DNA of 64,000 bases from Marsupella aquatica (taxonomy: Eukaryota; Plantae; Marchantiophyta), in the NCBI GenBank assembly GCA_973895155.1, contig OZ316898.1, positions 9,948,286 through 10,012,285 on the forward strand. Reading direction: 5' to 3'. The notes under the pieces are model-generated. The model saw only the letters and a list, made by a program, of their open reading frames with translations, did not search any database and was not told where the DNA came from. Within the stretch, counting starts at the first letter, position 1. Every line of letters begins with the position of its first letter. A program made the translations under genes and the position numbers. This document shows, piece by piece, positions 49,568 to 64,000 of this stretch.

Positions 49568-50537
49568 ATTGCAGAGTGATGATCTATGTTGATTGATGGA
49601 TAAATTTTCCGTTTACCCAAGACAATTTACCTTATAAAGTGAGAATAAGCCCCAGATACCAAGATAAACATCAGCACACAGGTTGGGAACAGCAATTGGA
49701 TCTCGAGATTTTGGTACGCTCTCTCAAGTGAAAGGGGATTTGATACAACCTAGCACGTACATGTCACAGTCAGTTCTAAACAGGAATTTTGAGTTAATGC
49801 ATTCCAGGCCCCTTAATCGAAGACAACCACTCGGTCTCTTTTTGTGTTCTGTGACTCCCAAATTCGGGTTCCTATTTTGAACAAAAACGTCCACACTTAT
49901 TGTAGATTTAAGCTTGTGGATATAGGCTTCTCAACTTTTGATCGTTATTTGAAGAAGGAAGTAGCTGACGTCTTCATTCCTCGACTTTTGACAGATTCGG
50001 ATTTCGAGACTAAAAAGACCCAATACCAAGACTTCTCTGGGAATCTGAGACAAAATGTATTATGGACGACGGGTTTGTGAGCTCAGTATATAGATCTAAG
50101 GGCTTAAATGAAAAGTCTAGAATAGATCTGCCTGAAAAGGATCTTCCCTGCCAAATCACTTTTGATGTGAGCACCTTCGCCTTTGAGAGAGTCTCGCTAC
50201 ATGGAAGAACATGGCGCATAGCGAAAGAAAACTACCTTCCATACCTCGCTAGGGTACAAATTCAATGCACCATTCAAATATTCACCAATTTTGAGTTCAG
50301 CATTTAATATTCAGTCAGCATTGAAGTTGGATTTTGTTGTCTACAATCGCAGATCTCTTAACGGTGCCCAGATGGGGAAAAAACAAATTCTTAAATACCT
50401 CTGCAAGGGATGCTACCCGTGATGCCCACGAAGGTTATGACAAGCCAAAATAAAAAATCACATGAGAAGATTTCTTGTGTCCAACCCTACGTAGTGTTAT
50501 TCATCAGAAGGCATGTAAAGGGAGTTTGACATTGGTA

Positions 50538-52796
50538 TCAAATTACATTTTCAATTTCTTCAAGGGCTGGAATAGCTATATCCAGCCGCATTAAGGCTAA
50601 GTGATTTGCTGGCACAGGTGCACCTGCATGTATACACAACTCCACTACAGCAGGAGCTTTACCGTAGTATTTTCTCAAAGCATTTTCTAATGGGGGTCCC
50701 AACCGATCTCGCACATGCCACACATACTGGGGTGGTATCAAATCGTCTATAGATGCATCTTGCCAACCGTGCTTACCATCTCGCCACTGATGTTTAAAAG
50801 CCCCACAAGCTTTAGCTCTGTGTCCGCGCGGGCCAGCGTGAATCTCTGGACAGTATCTGGTGAAAAACAAATGAAAAAGAGTCCATATCAGAGGCATCCA
50901 TATATCCAGATCGAACTCAAATTGGAGTATCGATGTCAAGTATTTGCCAATTTCGTAAGTTCTCAAGTTTGCAATGCAGGCACAGAACAACACCTGCGAG
51001 AGTTTCGAAAACGGGCTAGTTTTGGCAGCAAGATTGGTTTACACAGCTCGGAACTTTTGTAGTGCAAAGAGGATGAAAGAAACAATTTCAGATGAGTTGC
51101 AGCTTACCCACAAGCAACTACTCGATACTTGATCATCAGCTTCTGGCAACCTTCTCGCATTCGTTCCCACGCTTGCAGAGTTTTCTGGGCAACAGTCCTT
51201 AGGTCATCCTCACTGCTAATATCTACCAAAGGCTCTATCAATTCTGTTTGCGACTCCCTTGAATCGTCTATCGGTTTACCTGCCGCATCATCCTGTACTA
51301 ACCTGCTTTCTATCTTCTGCTGTCGATCTACAGAAGGGCCTCGATCATTTGAAACTGTTTCAAACACCTCTGAATTATCTGTCTGCGTATTTACCCCATC
51401 AGGCGATCCCACCCTGCTTGTAAATTTACGCCCTTGTTGTTTGAAATGGTCAGCGTATATGTAGCTTCCCTCATTCGTGTAAAATGTAAACTGTGCTCCA
51501 CCCAACCAATCTGCATCCTGCCGTCTTCTCCTGGTTGAAGGTAGAACAGGTTCAATATACCTCTTGGTTGGATACTCCGGAAGGTCTACACCTGCTTGAA
51601 TACAAAGCTCCTCAACGGCATCTATTCTGTCGACGTCAAATCTTTCCTCATGTGATATGGGCTTGGCTAAGCGGTCTACAAGGTGATAGGCCTCACGAGG
51701 AACCAGAACATCATCTATAGTACCCTTCACCCAATCATGTACGCCATGTCGGCTTGAACTTGTCGGGCCTGTGCATGTCTTCAAATTATGCCCGACTGGG
51801 CCAGAATACGTTTCTGTACAAAATCTGCAACCGATTCAACAAGCACTAAGTGTTTTAACTCTTACTGTGAGAATATCAGTAAAGGAAGCAGCTGGATGGA
51901 GAGTCTGTGAAAAAAAATGAACATTTCCTGCCTCAGGATAAGTGGGGACACCTTTCAGATACCACAGTTCCCTAACGCCTTCCTTTGGCGGAAAGACAGG
52001 CAACCTAGCCCATTTCATCAACCATCGTTTGCTCAGGCCCAACATATATTTGTACTTCCAGAATTCCCTCACCAATCGTGCTCGTTGATTTGGTTGAGAA
52101 ATCCTCTCACTGGGACGATACAAATTGAGAAGCTTAAGGCATGTGATTTGTTGTGACCCTTGCAACTTCATATTCAGGGCATGGAGTGGTCTCTGGCAAA
52201 GAGTTACAGCTGGAAAAATATTCATTGGAGTGAACTCATCGAAAATGACTGACGCACAAACTAGCATTAAGATCTATAATTCGTCCTTTAGGAACATCTA
52301 TGGAAGTGCTAAGGCAGAATCCTTGGCTACACAGGCAGTGGCAAAAGAACGAGCAACGGTAGCAATCAATCGAGAGTCAAAAACCTTACCTGCATGCCAA
52401 TACAGGAAGTTCTTCCAAAAGAAGACGAACACCCTTGGTGGCAATCGCCTTCGCTAGCATCACGTCATGTGCGACAGGAATCAAGGGCTTCACAAGTAAA
52501 CCATTTGCAGGTGGTTTAAGCGATGGGTCGTCAAATATGGCAGGAAGCCTCTTCTTCCGGGTTTGCTTGGGCAAGAGTGACGGCTTCTTTCTCCTCTTGG
52601 GGAGCACGGGAGGCAGGTCTACGTTCTGAGAATCCTGTGTGTTCGCTGCTGCCACAAAACGAAGTGTGTTGAATTTCCTCGATTTCAAGCTGAAGTTACG
52701 ACACCAAACCACCTGTTCAGAGATCTTAGACTGATATTCCCGAGCTAGTGAGGCATCTAGAGGAACGCAGACGATCGTAGCTGAAACCGCGGCCAT
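50538..52796 (-). CDS. APO1: APO-domain (DUF794) chloroplast RNA-binding/intron splicing protein, APO1-like; exons 52796-52390, 51824-51108, 50856-50538; 480 aa
   Basis: QNVDLPPVLPK..KKP, PPANGLLV and two APO Zn motifs (ACRFCTE..GPVGH..KTC; ACGYCPEIHAGPRGH..KAC). AVEELCIQAG / PAVVELCIHAG. GT-AG introns in phase. Confidence 0.9.
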
Positions 52797-52982
52797 CTCC
52801 AGCAACAACAACAGCAGCTCCAACGAAATGATAACAAGTTGCGATCCCTGCCCGAATGCAGAGCCTCGATGCTCGGCTGATTCTCTTGTTACTCCTGTGG
52901 TGTCACGCTAAATCTCAGCCCGAGCAAGCACATTCAAGCCTCTCTTCCATCATCACTCAAACCGAGTACGTGGTCTCTTCTG

Positions 52983-53160
52983 CATATCTCCAACTGCCCC
53001 TGAATCTAGTAAAAAACACGATGTAGGTCCCCATATCTCCAAAGCCCCTGAATCTAGTAAAAAAACACTATGTAGGTCCCCATATCTCCAAAGCCCCCAA
53101 GTCTAATAAAAAAACACGATGGAGGTCCCCATATCTCCAAAGCCCCCAGATCTAATAAAA
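52983..53160. repeat. 49-bp tandem repeat, ~3.6 copies, upstream of APO1
   Basis: catatctccaaagcccc..aatcta.taaaaaa..cac.atgtaggtccc at 52983, 53032, 53081 and 53130. Confidence 0.9.
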
Positions 53161-53557
53161 CCAGGCCACTGACCAAAGGGGGGTTTGGTCACATTAGGCT
53201 GAACTTAAAAGAGCAAGTATTAAATATAGTAAGCTTAAGACAAACAGATAAACAAAGTGAAACAGAAGCACAAAAAATGAAGTAAACACAAAAGACAAAT
53301 CATTAAATGTTCCCCTCATCTCTTTTGTCAGTCATCATGATCTGGCTTGAATACAAATACTGTATACAATACATTGGAATTTGTTTTGGTCTCTTTTGAA
53401 CAAGTGAAATTGTATAGAAGTCCAGTATTGCAGTCTATTGTATTGCAAACAAAAGTATCTTGGGAGACTTTTTTGGGCCCCCATCACATAGCGGAACATA
53501 GTTCAGCCAAAAATAGGATGGAGGTAAATCTAGAGCATGTCCTTTGTTACTTGAGAT

Positions 53558-53714
53558 GAGCCCTCAAGTTTTAGAGTGGGGAGTGGATGGCCAATGCAGC
53601 CATTTACTCTGCTCAAGGAGCCCTCAAGTTTTAGAGTGGGGAGTGGATGGCCAATGCCGCCATTTACTCTGCTAAAGGAGCCCTCAAGTTTTAGAGTGGG
53701 GAGTAGATGGCCAA
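53558..53714. repeat. 60-bp tandem repeat, ~2.6 copies
   Basis: gagccctcaagttttagagtggggagtggatggccaa at 53558, 53618 and 53678. Confidence 0.9.
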
Positions 53715-53776
53715 GGCCCAGTGTTTTTTTTGTTGGCGAAAATTAGCTAGATTCCACCTCTCCAAAACGGAACTCA

Positions 53777-54152
53777 AAGCTCATATGGACACACACGTTT
53801 GTTGGGACTCACCCGGATGGAACACAACCATGTGACACTGTAAGAAGAATCTCCAATTACACCTAACAAACGGATTACCATCTTTCATTAACGGAAGGAA
53901 ACCCTGCTTTAGACCTTATGGTTGAGTTAGATGGTCCCCGCATCCTTGCAGGGAGGAAAAAGTGGACAGACTACCCAAAGAATCAACCAAAAACCGACTG
54001 GTCCCAGTCACATACCTCCTTACAGGTCACTTTGGGAGTACAATCAAAAAGCATGTTGCACGAGAAAAAGATGAAGTTCGGGTTGTGTCTAGCTAGGTTG
54101 TGTGTGTCCATCCGGGCTTTCTTCCAAACCTGTGTGAGTCCATGAGGGCTTT
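53777..54152. mobile_element. MITE-like element with ~55-bp imperfect TIRs
   Basis: Left gctcatatggacacacacgtttg...cccggatggaacacaacc versus right ggttgtgtgtgtccatccggg...caaacctgtgtgagtccatgagggc. Confidence 0.6.
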
Positions 54153-54272
54153 AAGTTATCCAAAACCAGAGTGAGGAATTAAAGTGATCATCAATATCTG
54201 GCATTTTCCTCCAAAACCAGAGTGAGGACTTAAAGTGATCATCTACGGTATCCTACTGTACTGTACTTCACA

Positions 54273-54325
54273 TCAGTGGCATGGTCAGTGGCATGGTCAG
54301 TGGCATGGTCAGTGGCATGGTCAGT
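54273..54325. repeat. 12-bp minisatellite (tcagtggcatgg)x4
   Basis: Direct read of the sequence. Confidence 0.9.
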
Positions 54326-54731
54326 CAATGCACAGACTAGTAGTGCACCATCACACGTTGCTGCTGCAATCTCGAATGGCCAGTGTTAGCTCACAGGACA
54401 TTCCTTATCTTCTCCTTCTCAGAATGCAATGTTAACTTCAATTTGATTTTATTTGCTTGGAGACCCATGTTTTTTTCTAGATGTTCTTTACTTCAGGGTT
54501 TTAGGTTAACCCCGTTTATTCCTCTGCCTCTTTTGCAGACACACTTCTCGTTCGCTCCAAACCCCAAATCCCAGGGATTAAAGGTATTTCCAGACCTAAA
54601 ACGTGATAAGAGTAGAGCTTCGGAACAAGAGCTTAAATGGTAAATGTATTACTGGACCCATGAAGCTTCAATCGTTGGATCTTTCCAATTTTGATAAAAC
54701 CTTTGAACATACCATAATTAGAATAGAGCTC

Positions 54732-55172
54732 AACTTGAAATTCATAATTTCTGTGTTACTTTACTGAATCTGCAAAGGATTGTTTTCAATGGACAGGAAA
54801 CCATCAAGAGCCGAAACTCGAAAATTCATAATTTCTGTGTGTTACTTTACTGAATCTGCAAAGGATTGTTTTCAATGGAGACAGGAAACCATCAACAGCC
54901 CAAACTCGAAAATTCATAATTTCTGTGTTACTTTACTGAATCTGCAAAGGGTTGTTTTCAATGGACAGGAAACCATCAAGAGCCCAAACTCCAAGGAGCA
55001 AAACCAAAGGCGTGGCTTTCAACATTCAGTACCAAAATTAGAATTGAGCTCAACTTGAAACATGTATTTGGCTCTGTCGCTTTGTCGAATTTGCAAAGAA
55101 TATAAAGGACAGGAAAACCATTAAGAATTATTTTCGATGGACAGGAAACCATCAAGAACCCAAAACTCAAAG
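54732..55172. repeat. ~85-bp tandem repeats downstream of RPN11
   Basis: aaattcataatttctgtgttactttactgaatctgcaaagg.ttgttttcaatggacaggaaaccatcaa three times, plus a partial copy at ~55137. Confidence 0.85.
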
Positions 55173-55371
55173 GAGCGAAACGAAGGGCATGGCCTGTGAC
55201 ATAAAGACATGAGGACGAATGGTTGAATCTGCGATAGTCCAGGTCTAATCTATGTGCCTAAGAGCAGAGGTATGTTCCTAGAAGTTTAACTAAATCTAGT
55301 GACTCGGAAACTACCTCCTGTCAGCAGTGTCAGCAGCTCGAGTGACAAGTTCTGAACGCGTAGAAATAGAC

Positions 55372-57604
<2,233 letters not shown>

Positions 57605-57964
57605 CCCAGAAAATCAAAGTCGGCAACGAGTGCGTTCCGCAATTCTTCCCAACACGATGTCGTCGATATGATGCAGCGATCGTTCTGGCTTCTTCTTCTT
57701 CTGCAGTACTTTGCTCGATTTGTAGAATCCTTTCGAATGCGTGGAAAATCGGAGTGCAATTGCTTTGGAGAGAGGACGAAAATGCGGCTCACAAACGAGA
57801 CCGGAAGAAGGAATCTATCCTTCGGGGGTTTACTGTAGTTAACAGTCGGGTAACCCGCTACGGTAACCAATACCCTGAACGGGTAATAGAATTCCTTGAC
57901 CGATGCCTCTACCGTAGTTAGTTTGTTCGCGATTGTGAAAATGTATATGTTTATGGTCTCCAGA

Positions 57965-58051
57965 TGCTCCTTAATGGAATATTTGGACGACCCTATGCGA
58001 TACTCGGGAGCGGGGAGGCATATGGGAGACCAAATACTCCATTAAGGAGTA
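57965..58051. repeat. 87-nt hairpin/inverted repeat (mini Stowaway-like MITE) upstream of RPN11
   Basis: tgctccttaatggaatatttgg pairs with ccaaatactccattaaggagta (20/22), with further internal pairing ccctatgc/gcatatggg. Confidence 0.7.
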
Positions 58052-58341
58052 GAAAGAGACCCTAAATATGCGTTAAGAGTTTTGGGCCATTGATCTGACC
58101 CGCAAGTGGAACCGGACCGCCCAAACGCGTTAGGTTTAGCCGCGTCCTCCTGTCAGAGCCGACGATTGCATGGACGGCTAGGATTGGTAGGCGCCTGTTG
58201 GCGCATCCGCGGCTCCTTGGCTGTGCTAGTCGGTTGTCATCTTGACCGTTCCTTCGTGAATGAATGGTCAGGATTCCACCCGAGAAAATGAACGTTTGAA
58301 TGCACAAAGACTACTTAGCAAGGAGGAGCGGAAGAGGATCA

Positions 58342-58497
58342 TCACTTCCGACTTTACCTCGCCGTTAGGCTGCGGGAATTGCGCTCGTTTGGTCAGCAGA
58401 GCGAGGATCGTGCTCTCTGCTCACTTCCCACTTTACCTCGCCATTAGGCTGCGGGAATTGTGCTCGTTCGGTCAGTAGAGCGGGGATCATGCTCGCT
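58342..58497. repeat. 79-bp tandem duplication upstream of the tyrosine recombinase
   Basis: tcacttcc.actttacctcgcc.ttaggctgcgggaattg.gctcgtt.ggtcag occurs twice. Confidence 0.85.
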
Positions 58498-58984
58498 CGG
58501 TGAGCAGCTTCATGGTTGCATTTGTCTTTTGCTGTCAACTTCTGGCAGTGCATGGAGTGCGATCAACAATTGCTGTGATTTTGCGTTGATTGTTGCGGCT
58601 CATTTCGACAAGCATCATCTCACAATTCTTTTGGATCTCCATTTCTATCTCCTCTTTGTATTATCAGTTTACACACCTCCCTGCTTGATTTTGCGACTGT
58701 CGTTATTTGGTTCAGAGATGTCATTGTTTAGACTTGATTGCCCTGTACTATTTTTTAATTACATTGTTTGCAGACGCAGCAGCTTGATAGGAAGTGTTGG
58801 ACGGAGGCGCTACCTTCGGAGAAGGATGCATTCGAAGTTTTCCCCAGGTTTCCATGTCACTAATTTGTTTTCAATGTCTGTTGTTGTAGAGTAGCATTAG
58901 ACGTATATAATGGTCGACGAGTTAACCCGAGATGGCAAGGGCCAAATGTAGGCTTGATTTGCATCGTGATTTGCATAAATCTGC

Positions 58985-61027
58985 ATGAAGATGCTTAGTG
59001 TCGAATCGAGGCTTCTTACGTCAATGGTGAAACCAGACGCGGCCAAAGATAACACACCATCGTACAGCTTAGGAATTTCCACCCTTGGATCAACCGTTGC
59101 AGTTGCCGAAATGCCCTACAAGCTATCGGGTGAAGGCTCTTTTGTAGACTCCTTAGGTAATTTTGAGTTTGAGATTGAAAATCTGAATGGCAACCCCGAT
59201 GTTATGGCACTGGAATTCATGACGCCTCATCAGCTCACTGTTAACCTCCCGAATGGTGAGTCATGTGAATTTTTACCAGAAGATGCTCAGTTCCAACGCA
59301 CCCTTGCCGGGGGTGGCAGCAATCCCAGTGCTGCAATTGACCAGTGGGCTACTAATCGTCTCAATAAATATCGTGAGTTTAAGGGACTGAGCACGACCAT
59401 TGGATTTGAAGAGCTCCCTGGTAAGGGTTGTGTAAAGCTTCTGATGAAGTTTTTTGAGCAAGTCTGCAAGAAGAATGGTAGTCTGTATCCATCATAGACA
59501 CTGATGGGGCTCTATCGGCATTTCACCGCGTTCTCAAGAAGAAGCAAGAGAAGAGAGTCATTGAGTCAGGTAATGAGGAGCCTGTTTTTTATATGCGGTC
59601 ATCCCCTCTTTTCAAACCTGTTACTATTGCTTGTGTACTGGCTATGGAGCGATCAAAGAAAGCTGGAGCTAATGTTCCAAGGAAGAAGGCTTCCGTGATA
59701 ACATTCGCAGATGAGGCTACCATACCGAGTACCATACTAGTTCATCCAAGTACATCGATCTCACACTCAAGAAGGCTGCAGCGAAGGGCAGTATTCTTTT
59801 TGCTCAATCATTTTTGCATCCGTGGCGGCAAGGAACTGTACAGTCTGATGAAATCTGATTTTGAGTTTGGAGCTGACGTCCATGGTAGATTTGTTAAGTA
59901 TGATGAGAGGCTTAGCAAAAACTACAGGGTCAGTATGGACCGATACCAAGAGGAACACTTTAGACCTGCTGTTATTAACTATGATGCTGATGTTATTGAA
60001 ATGTTGAGAGAGCTAATTAATTAGTCACCTACCAGCTACTGCCACATGTCTCTTCTATCAGTGTATTGACCACCCCAGAACACATGCCTGGTTCTCCACA
60101 TCAAGGCTTGGTGAGCGAACTCTTGGCACTTGTCTTAAAGTGATGCATCAAGAGGCTGGCCTCGATACCACTGGTGTCTCCAATAAGACAGGATGGACAA
60201 CATGTATCTCAAGAATGGGTACAAAGGGCGTTCCTTTGAAGGTCGGCATGAAGATCTCAGGCCATAAGAGCGAAGGCGCATACAAACGATACGACCGCAG
60301 TGCTGATGATCAATTTTGTGCTGAGCTGAGGTGTGCTACCGAGGGCACTCCTTACTTGGCTACAGTGACTGAAGAGACAAAGAAGGGTAAGAAACGTCTG
60401 ATTGAAGGTGGTATGGGGAAGGAAGTCGGTCCAGATGTTCCCATCATGGAGCAAGAACCAGTTATGAAGACAATGGTGATTCCAGAAGAAGGTAACTTGT
60501 TTATTGTTTGTGTTGTTTGCAAGCTCATTATTCTTGGAATATCTTCTGACTATTTGTTTCCATTTGCAGTTGCTAAGTCCACTACACAGTCAACCTTACC
60601 TGCTGCCATGGACTTTGTGTTGAACATTCTCGCTGAACCGAGCGCTGAACAAGTCCAGGTGGTCAAGGAGCTGGCACCTGGTGAGGGTGAAGTGGTCATG
60701 GAAGATGTCAGCAATGAGAATCAAATGACCAACCCGGTGCTGGAGGCATCGAAACCTGATGCTCAGATGTGTTTTCAGCAGAAGACTCATTTTACTGACT
60801 TCAATTGCTTTTTGAATACTCTCGACTGGGATGCCTTAAGCTCTGACCCAAGGTTTAAGGGTATAGCAGCAGCGCCCAATGTGACAATCCTGAATCCAGT
60901 TAACACTATTTTTGACAGCGTGAAAGCCATGACCAACTGCACCATGAATGGCTGTACTTTCAGCCTAAATTTTGCCCCACACGGAGGAGGACCTGGAGGG
61001 GGGCCATTTGGATCTCCATTCACCTAA
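58985..61027 (+). mobile_element. Decayed Crypton-like (DUF3504-type) tyrosine recombinase gene
   Basis: LMKFFEQVCKKNGSLYPS*TL, FCIRGGKEL (R at 59821), YDERLSKN, WFSTSRLGERTL, EAGL....SNKTG(W)TT, MKISGHKSEGAYKRY (Y at 60290). Stops at 59495 and 60022, frameshifts, and a probable intron at ~60492-60569. Confidence 0.75.
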
Positions 61028-61365
61028 GCAACCAGGATCCACTGATTGGAATGTAATAGCCTGTGAGGCACCATAGATTACATTACATTATGTACATTAC
61101 AACATAGATATATTACAGATTGTAGTTTGATAGAATCATAGCATACGCATATTACATAGTAGAGATTGTAGTCTGACAGAACCATAGCCTACGGACATTG
61201 CTTTCTAGGTGTTCACATACTATAGACAAAGACCATTCATATCATTCATTTAGACTCTCATGAGTCATTGAAATGTAATTTCTGTTTACAGCTACCAATA
61301 AAGTTTCACCCCTACTGTGGGATTTCTCTTTACTTTCAAAATTTTCTGATTTCAAATTCTGCCAA

Positions 61366-61520
61366 CTTATAGGAATTGGATCTTTAACAAATATAGGTCT
61401 TAATGGGGCTATTTTGCAAATGATTTCGCATGGTTTAATTGGTGCTTCACTCTTCTTTTCGTCAGGAGTGAGTTATGATAGAACTCGCTCTTTACTTCTT
61501 AACCAAATGGGTGGAGTTGG
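61366..61520 (+). pseudogene. ndhD: Nuclear plastid DNA insert (NUPT): ndhD fragment
   Basis: AT-rich 155 bp reading [51 protein letters not shown]. Confidence 0.88.
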
Positions 61521-62986
61521 ATTTCATAAACCTACCGCGTACAAATATTCTCCCAAAATACAAATACCTGCGTACAAATATGGAAAAAAATTATTAAATA
61601 TAAACATGCCCACGTGGCATGAACTGGTTGGCCAGGAACGATAAACATTACCCCACGATCCTCAACGTTAGCTTTAGTTACATAGTGCGAGTCAAAATAA
61701 TGCCATAAAGGAGATAGTGCATGTCAAAATAGGTATGGGCAAGGACATAAAACTCTTTTAAGGGCAAGGACATAAAACTCTTTTAGGGTCAGGACATAAG
61801 TCTTTAATGGTTACCTAAATACACCCCCATATGAATCTTATGTCCAAAAAGTTTCAAGCGCCATGGAGCAGAGTTCAGATTAGAACCCAAACTGTCTTAA
61901 CAAAGTTACCTATCATTCTAGACAATTTTCCCCGCAATATACTGCATGTGGAAATAGCAAGGATCTCCAAAAACTCAACAACAAATGATGGAAATATGAG
62001 ATTTACTCTTTGCCATCCTTTTCGGGGGAAATAATTACCTTACCTTGCTTTTTAGATTATTTACTAAAATGCCACATTTTTCTAGCAAACCATTAACATA
62101 ACCATCTAAAAACCTCGGCAACCACAAATGTCCAAAAGAAAGTGGCAAAGTAGTAAATCTCACTTACATGGAGGCAACAAGAACCTCCAGAAAAGATTAC
62201 ACACCTATAAGAGGAACTTTTACACAATGGTAACTTGTATTCCGTGTTGCATTTTTGAAAAACACTAGCCCGATTACCCGTTCCTTGAACATAAACAAAT
62301 ATGAAGAAAAAAATCCTTGCACAATAATATTTCTATGCTATTTAGTTAATCCTCATTTTAAATATTTTTTAATTGAGATTTATGATCATTTTTGCCTGTA
62401 CTCGGGTTATTGTCTAGAAGTTTCACTCTAGACCCTAGGCCCTTAAGAGTAGATTTAGTTTACACTTTAATAATAAGATGGTTACACACCTACAACGTGT
62501 ATTGTTACGCACCGGTACCTTTTATTAAGTGTGGCATTTACGAAAAAACACTCGTTAGTGCGGTGTAGGTTCCATCCGTCAGTCAACCTTACGTATGAAC
62601 TTTACGTCGTCCTTCCTTCCGTCCGTCCGTCTGTCTTGTCCTTCCGTCCGTCCGTCGGGCCTTCGGTGCGCCTATCTTTGTGTGTACTGGAGGCTGGTAA
62701 GCTCGTCGGTCACCTTCTGTGTTCAACGCAGAGGAGGTCTCTTCCGGTTTCAGGAGGAAAAGTTTTATGGTGGTGGCACCATCACCGAAGAATTCCGGAC
62801 GTAGGCTAGCGCAGAGTAGAACTTCCGCCAATGCCGCGATTAAGGCGACAGAGTAGATCTTCCATCGAGCATTTCGATCGAGAGAGCGAGAGGCAGGGCG
62901 GAGAGTTTCCTAAAATACTGGCGAGCGACTCAGGAGGAGGAGGCGGGGAGGTTTGATTATTGCCTGCCATTAGGGGAGGAGGCGCG

Positions 62987-63902
62987 ATGATGATGCAGGA
63001 TGCAGGAATCGAAGCAAAGGAGGCAGCTGTGCGAGAGGTTGCCAAGCTGCTGCCTCTCCCAGATTCGCTGGCATCCATCAATGCCATCCGCACGGACTAC
63101 GCCTCGCGTCAACAGGTACTTTACTGAAGTCTTTCCTCGTGTGAATTGCATATGATCAATTGGGCTCCGGGACGGGAAGGTGGCGATTTGGAACTATGCT
63201 TTCGGCAATGGTTGTCTTTGTGAATTACTGCATCGTGAAAGTGCGATATTGGAGCCTGGCATATAATGTGACTACGAAGAGATCGTAATCGTAATCGATC
63301 CACTGTGCAGGCTAACGATGCACAGCTCAGTACTAGCGTCATGACTCAGGTATTCTCCTGCTCCATTCCATAGGGACCCCGCACTCTGAGATACGTTGTG
63401 GGTGAATTTCGAGATGCATACAGTCAGTTTCTTCGAAGACTGTGTGGAAGAAGCGTCTCTTTCATATCCTTGATGAAGTTCTGTGATCTGTCAAATACAA
63501 TGCAATTGTTATGTCTGACATCTCTGTTGAAAGGTGGAGCATGCGAGGGCCGGCATCGATGTTCTGTTCGCAGCACAAGCAACGATTGCAAATTTGCGGT
63601 CCAATTTTGTCCTCATTGATAAGTGAGTTGATACCTGGCCCTCAACGGTGAATTTTCTACGGTCCTTCATGGGAGCTATGTGTTGCTTAGTAAGGTTAAT
63701 GATGCCAGTGGTCTTCTTTTAAATTTGGGACATGTATCTCATTATAAGAATTACCAAGCCTGATGGTTTGCTTTTACCAATTTACATCTCAACGTCATTG
63801 CGTGTTTTCAGACTGTGTGAAGAATGTCAGACCTTAATAGAGCATCACGATCAAATCAAGCTGTTAAGCAATGCTCGCAACAATTTGAATATGACATTAA
63901 AG
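62987..63902 (+). CDS. SEC6: Exocyst component SEC6/EXOC3, first four exons (62987-63115, 63311-63349, 63534-63622, 63812-63902); continues beyond window
   Basis: MMMQDAGIEAKEAAVREVAKLLPLPD...RQQ|ANDAQLST..|VEHARAG...IDK|LCEECQTLIEHHDQIKLLSNARNNLNMTLK with GT-AG introns. Confidence 0.95.
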
Positions 63903-64000
63903 GTAAATTCAGGATGGCTTTCTACTTCTGTGTGCATTAATTGATCACTTTGGGGGGTCTTTTGGCTATGGATACTCCTTGCATAGCACAATTCAAACTC

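Noticed and set aside
52983-53714. CRISPR-like arrays
   Set aside because: The repeats are contiguous with no unique spacers, the context is eukaryotic and there are no cas genes.
61430-61461. ndhD site as the target of the neighbouring DYW-PPR
   Set aside because: The upstream sequence is pyrimidine-rich, whereas the PPR code predicts a purine-rich target.

Overview
Land-plant nuclear DNA, most likely a moss or other bryophyte. This is inferred from GT-AG introns, a PLS-DYW PPR gene, APO1 and a plastid ndhD insert. The left ~40 kb is accessory and repeat-rich. (1) 1-4415 is a decayed Ty3/Gypsy pol that carries a DNMT3-like cytosine methyltransferase in frame directly ahead of RT, plus a PHD finger at the integrase C-terminus. 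(2) An L1-type LINE tail and a 5'-truncated RLE/CRE-type non-LTR element follow. (3) A near head-to-tail segmental duplication (~14.8-22.8 kb and ~22.9-34.3 kb) holds an intact-looking 4-exon NLR-like gene (helical N-terminus, NB-ARC, ARM, TPR, no LRR). Its broken paralog has an ARM array expanded by six 135-bp units and carries a solo LTR. (4) A RUVBL2 pseudogene and several MITE-like elements. The right part holds conserved genes (SF3B5, DYW-PPR, APO1, RPN11, start of SEC6), interrupted by a decayed DUF3504/Crypton-type tyrosine recombinase and a small ndhD NUPT. All calls come from manual motif recognition; no searches were run.
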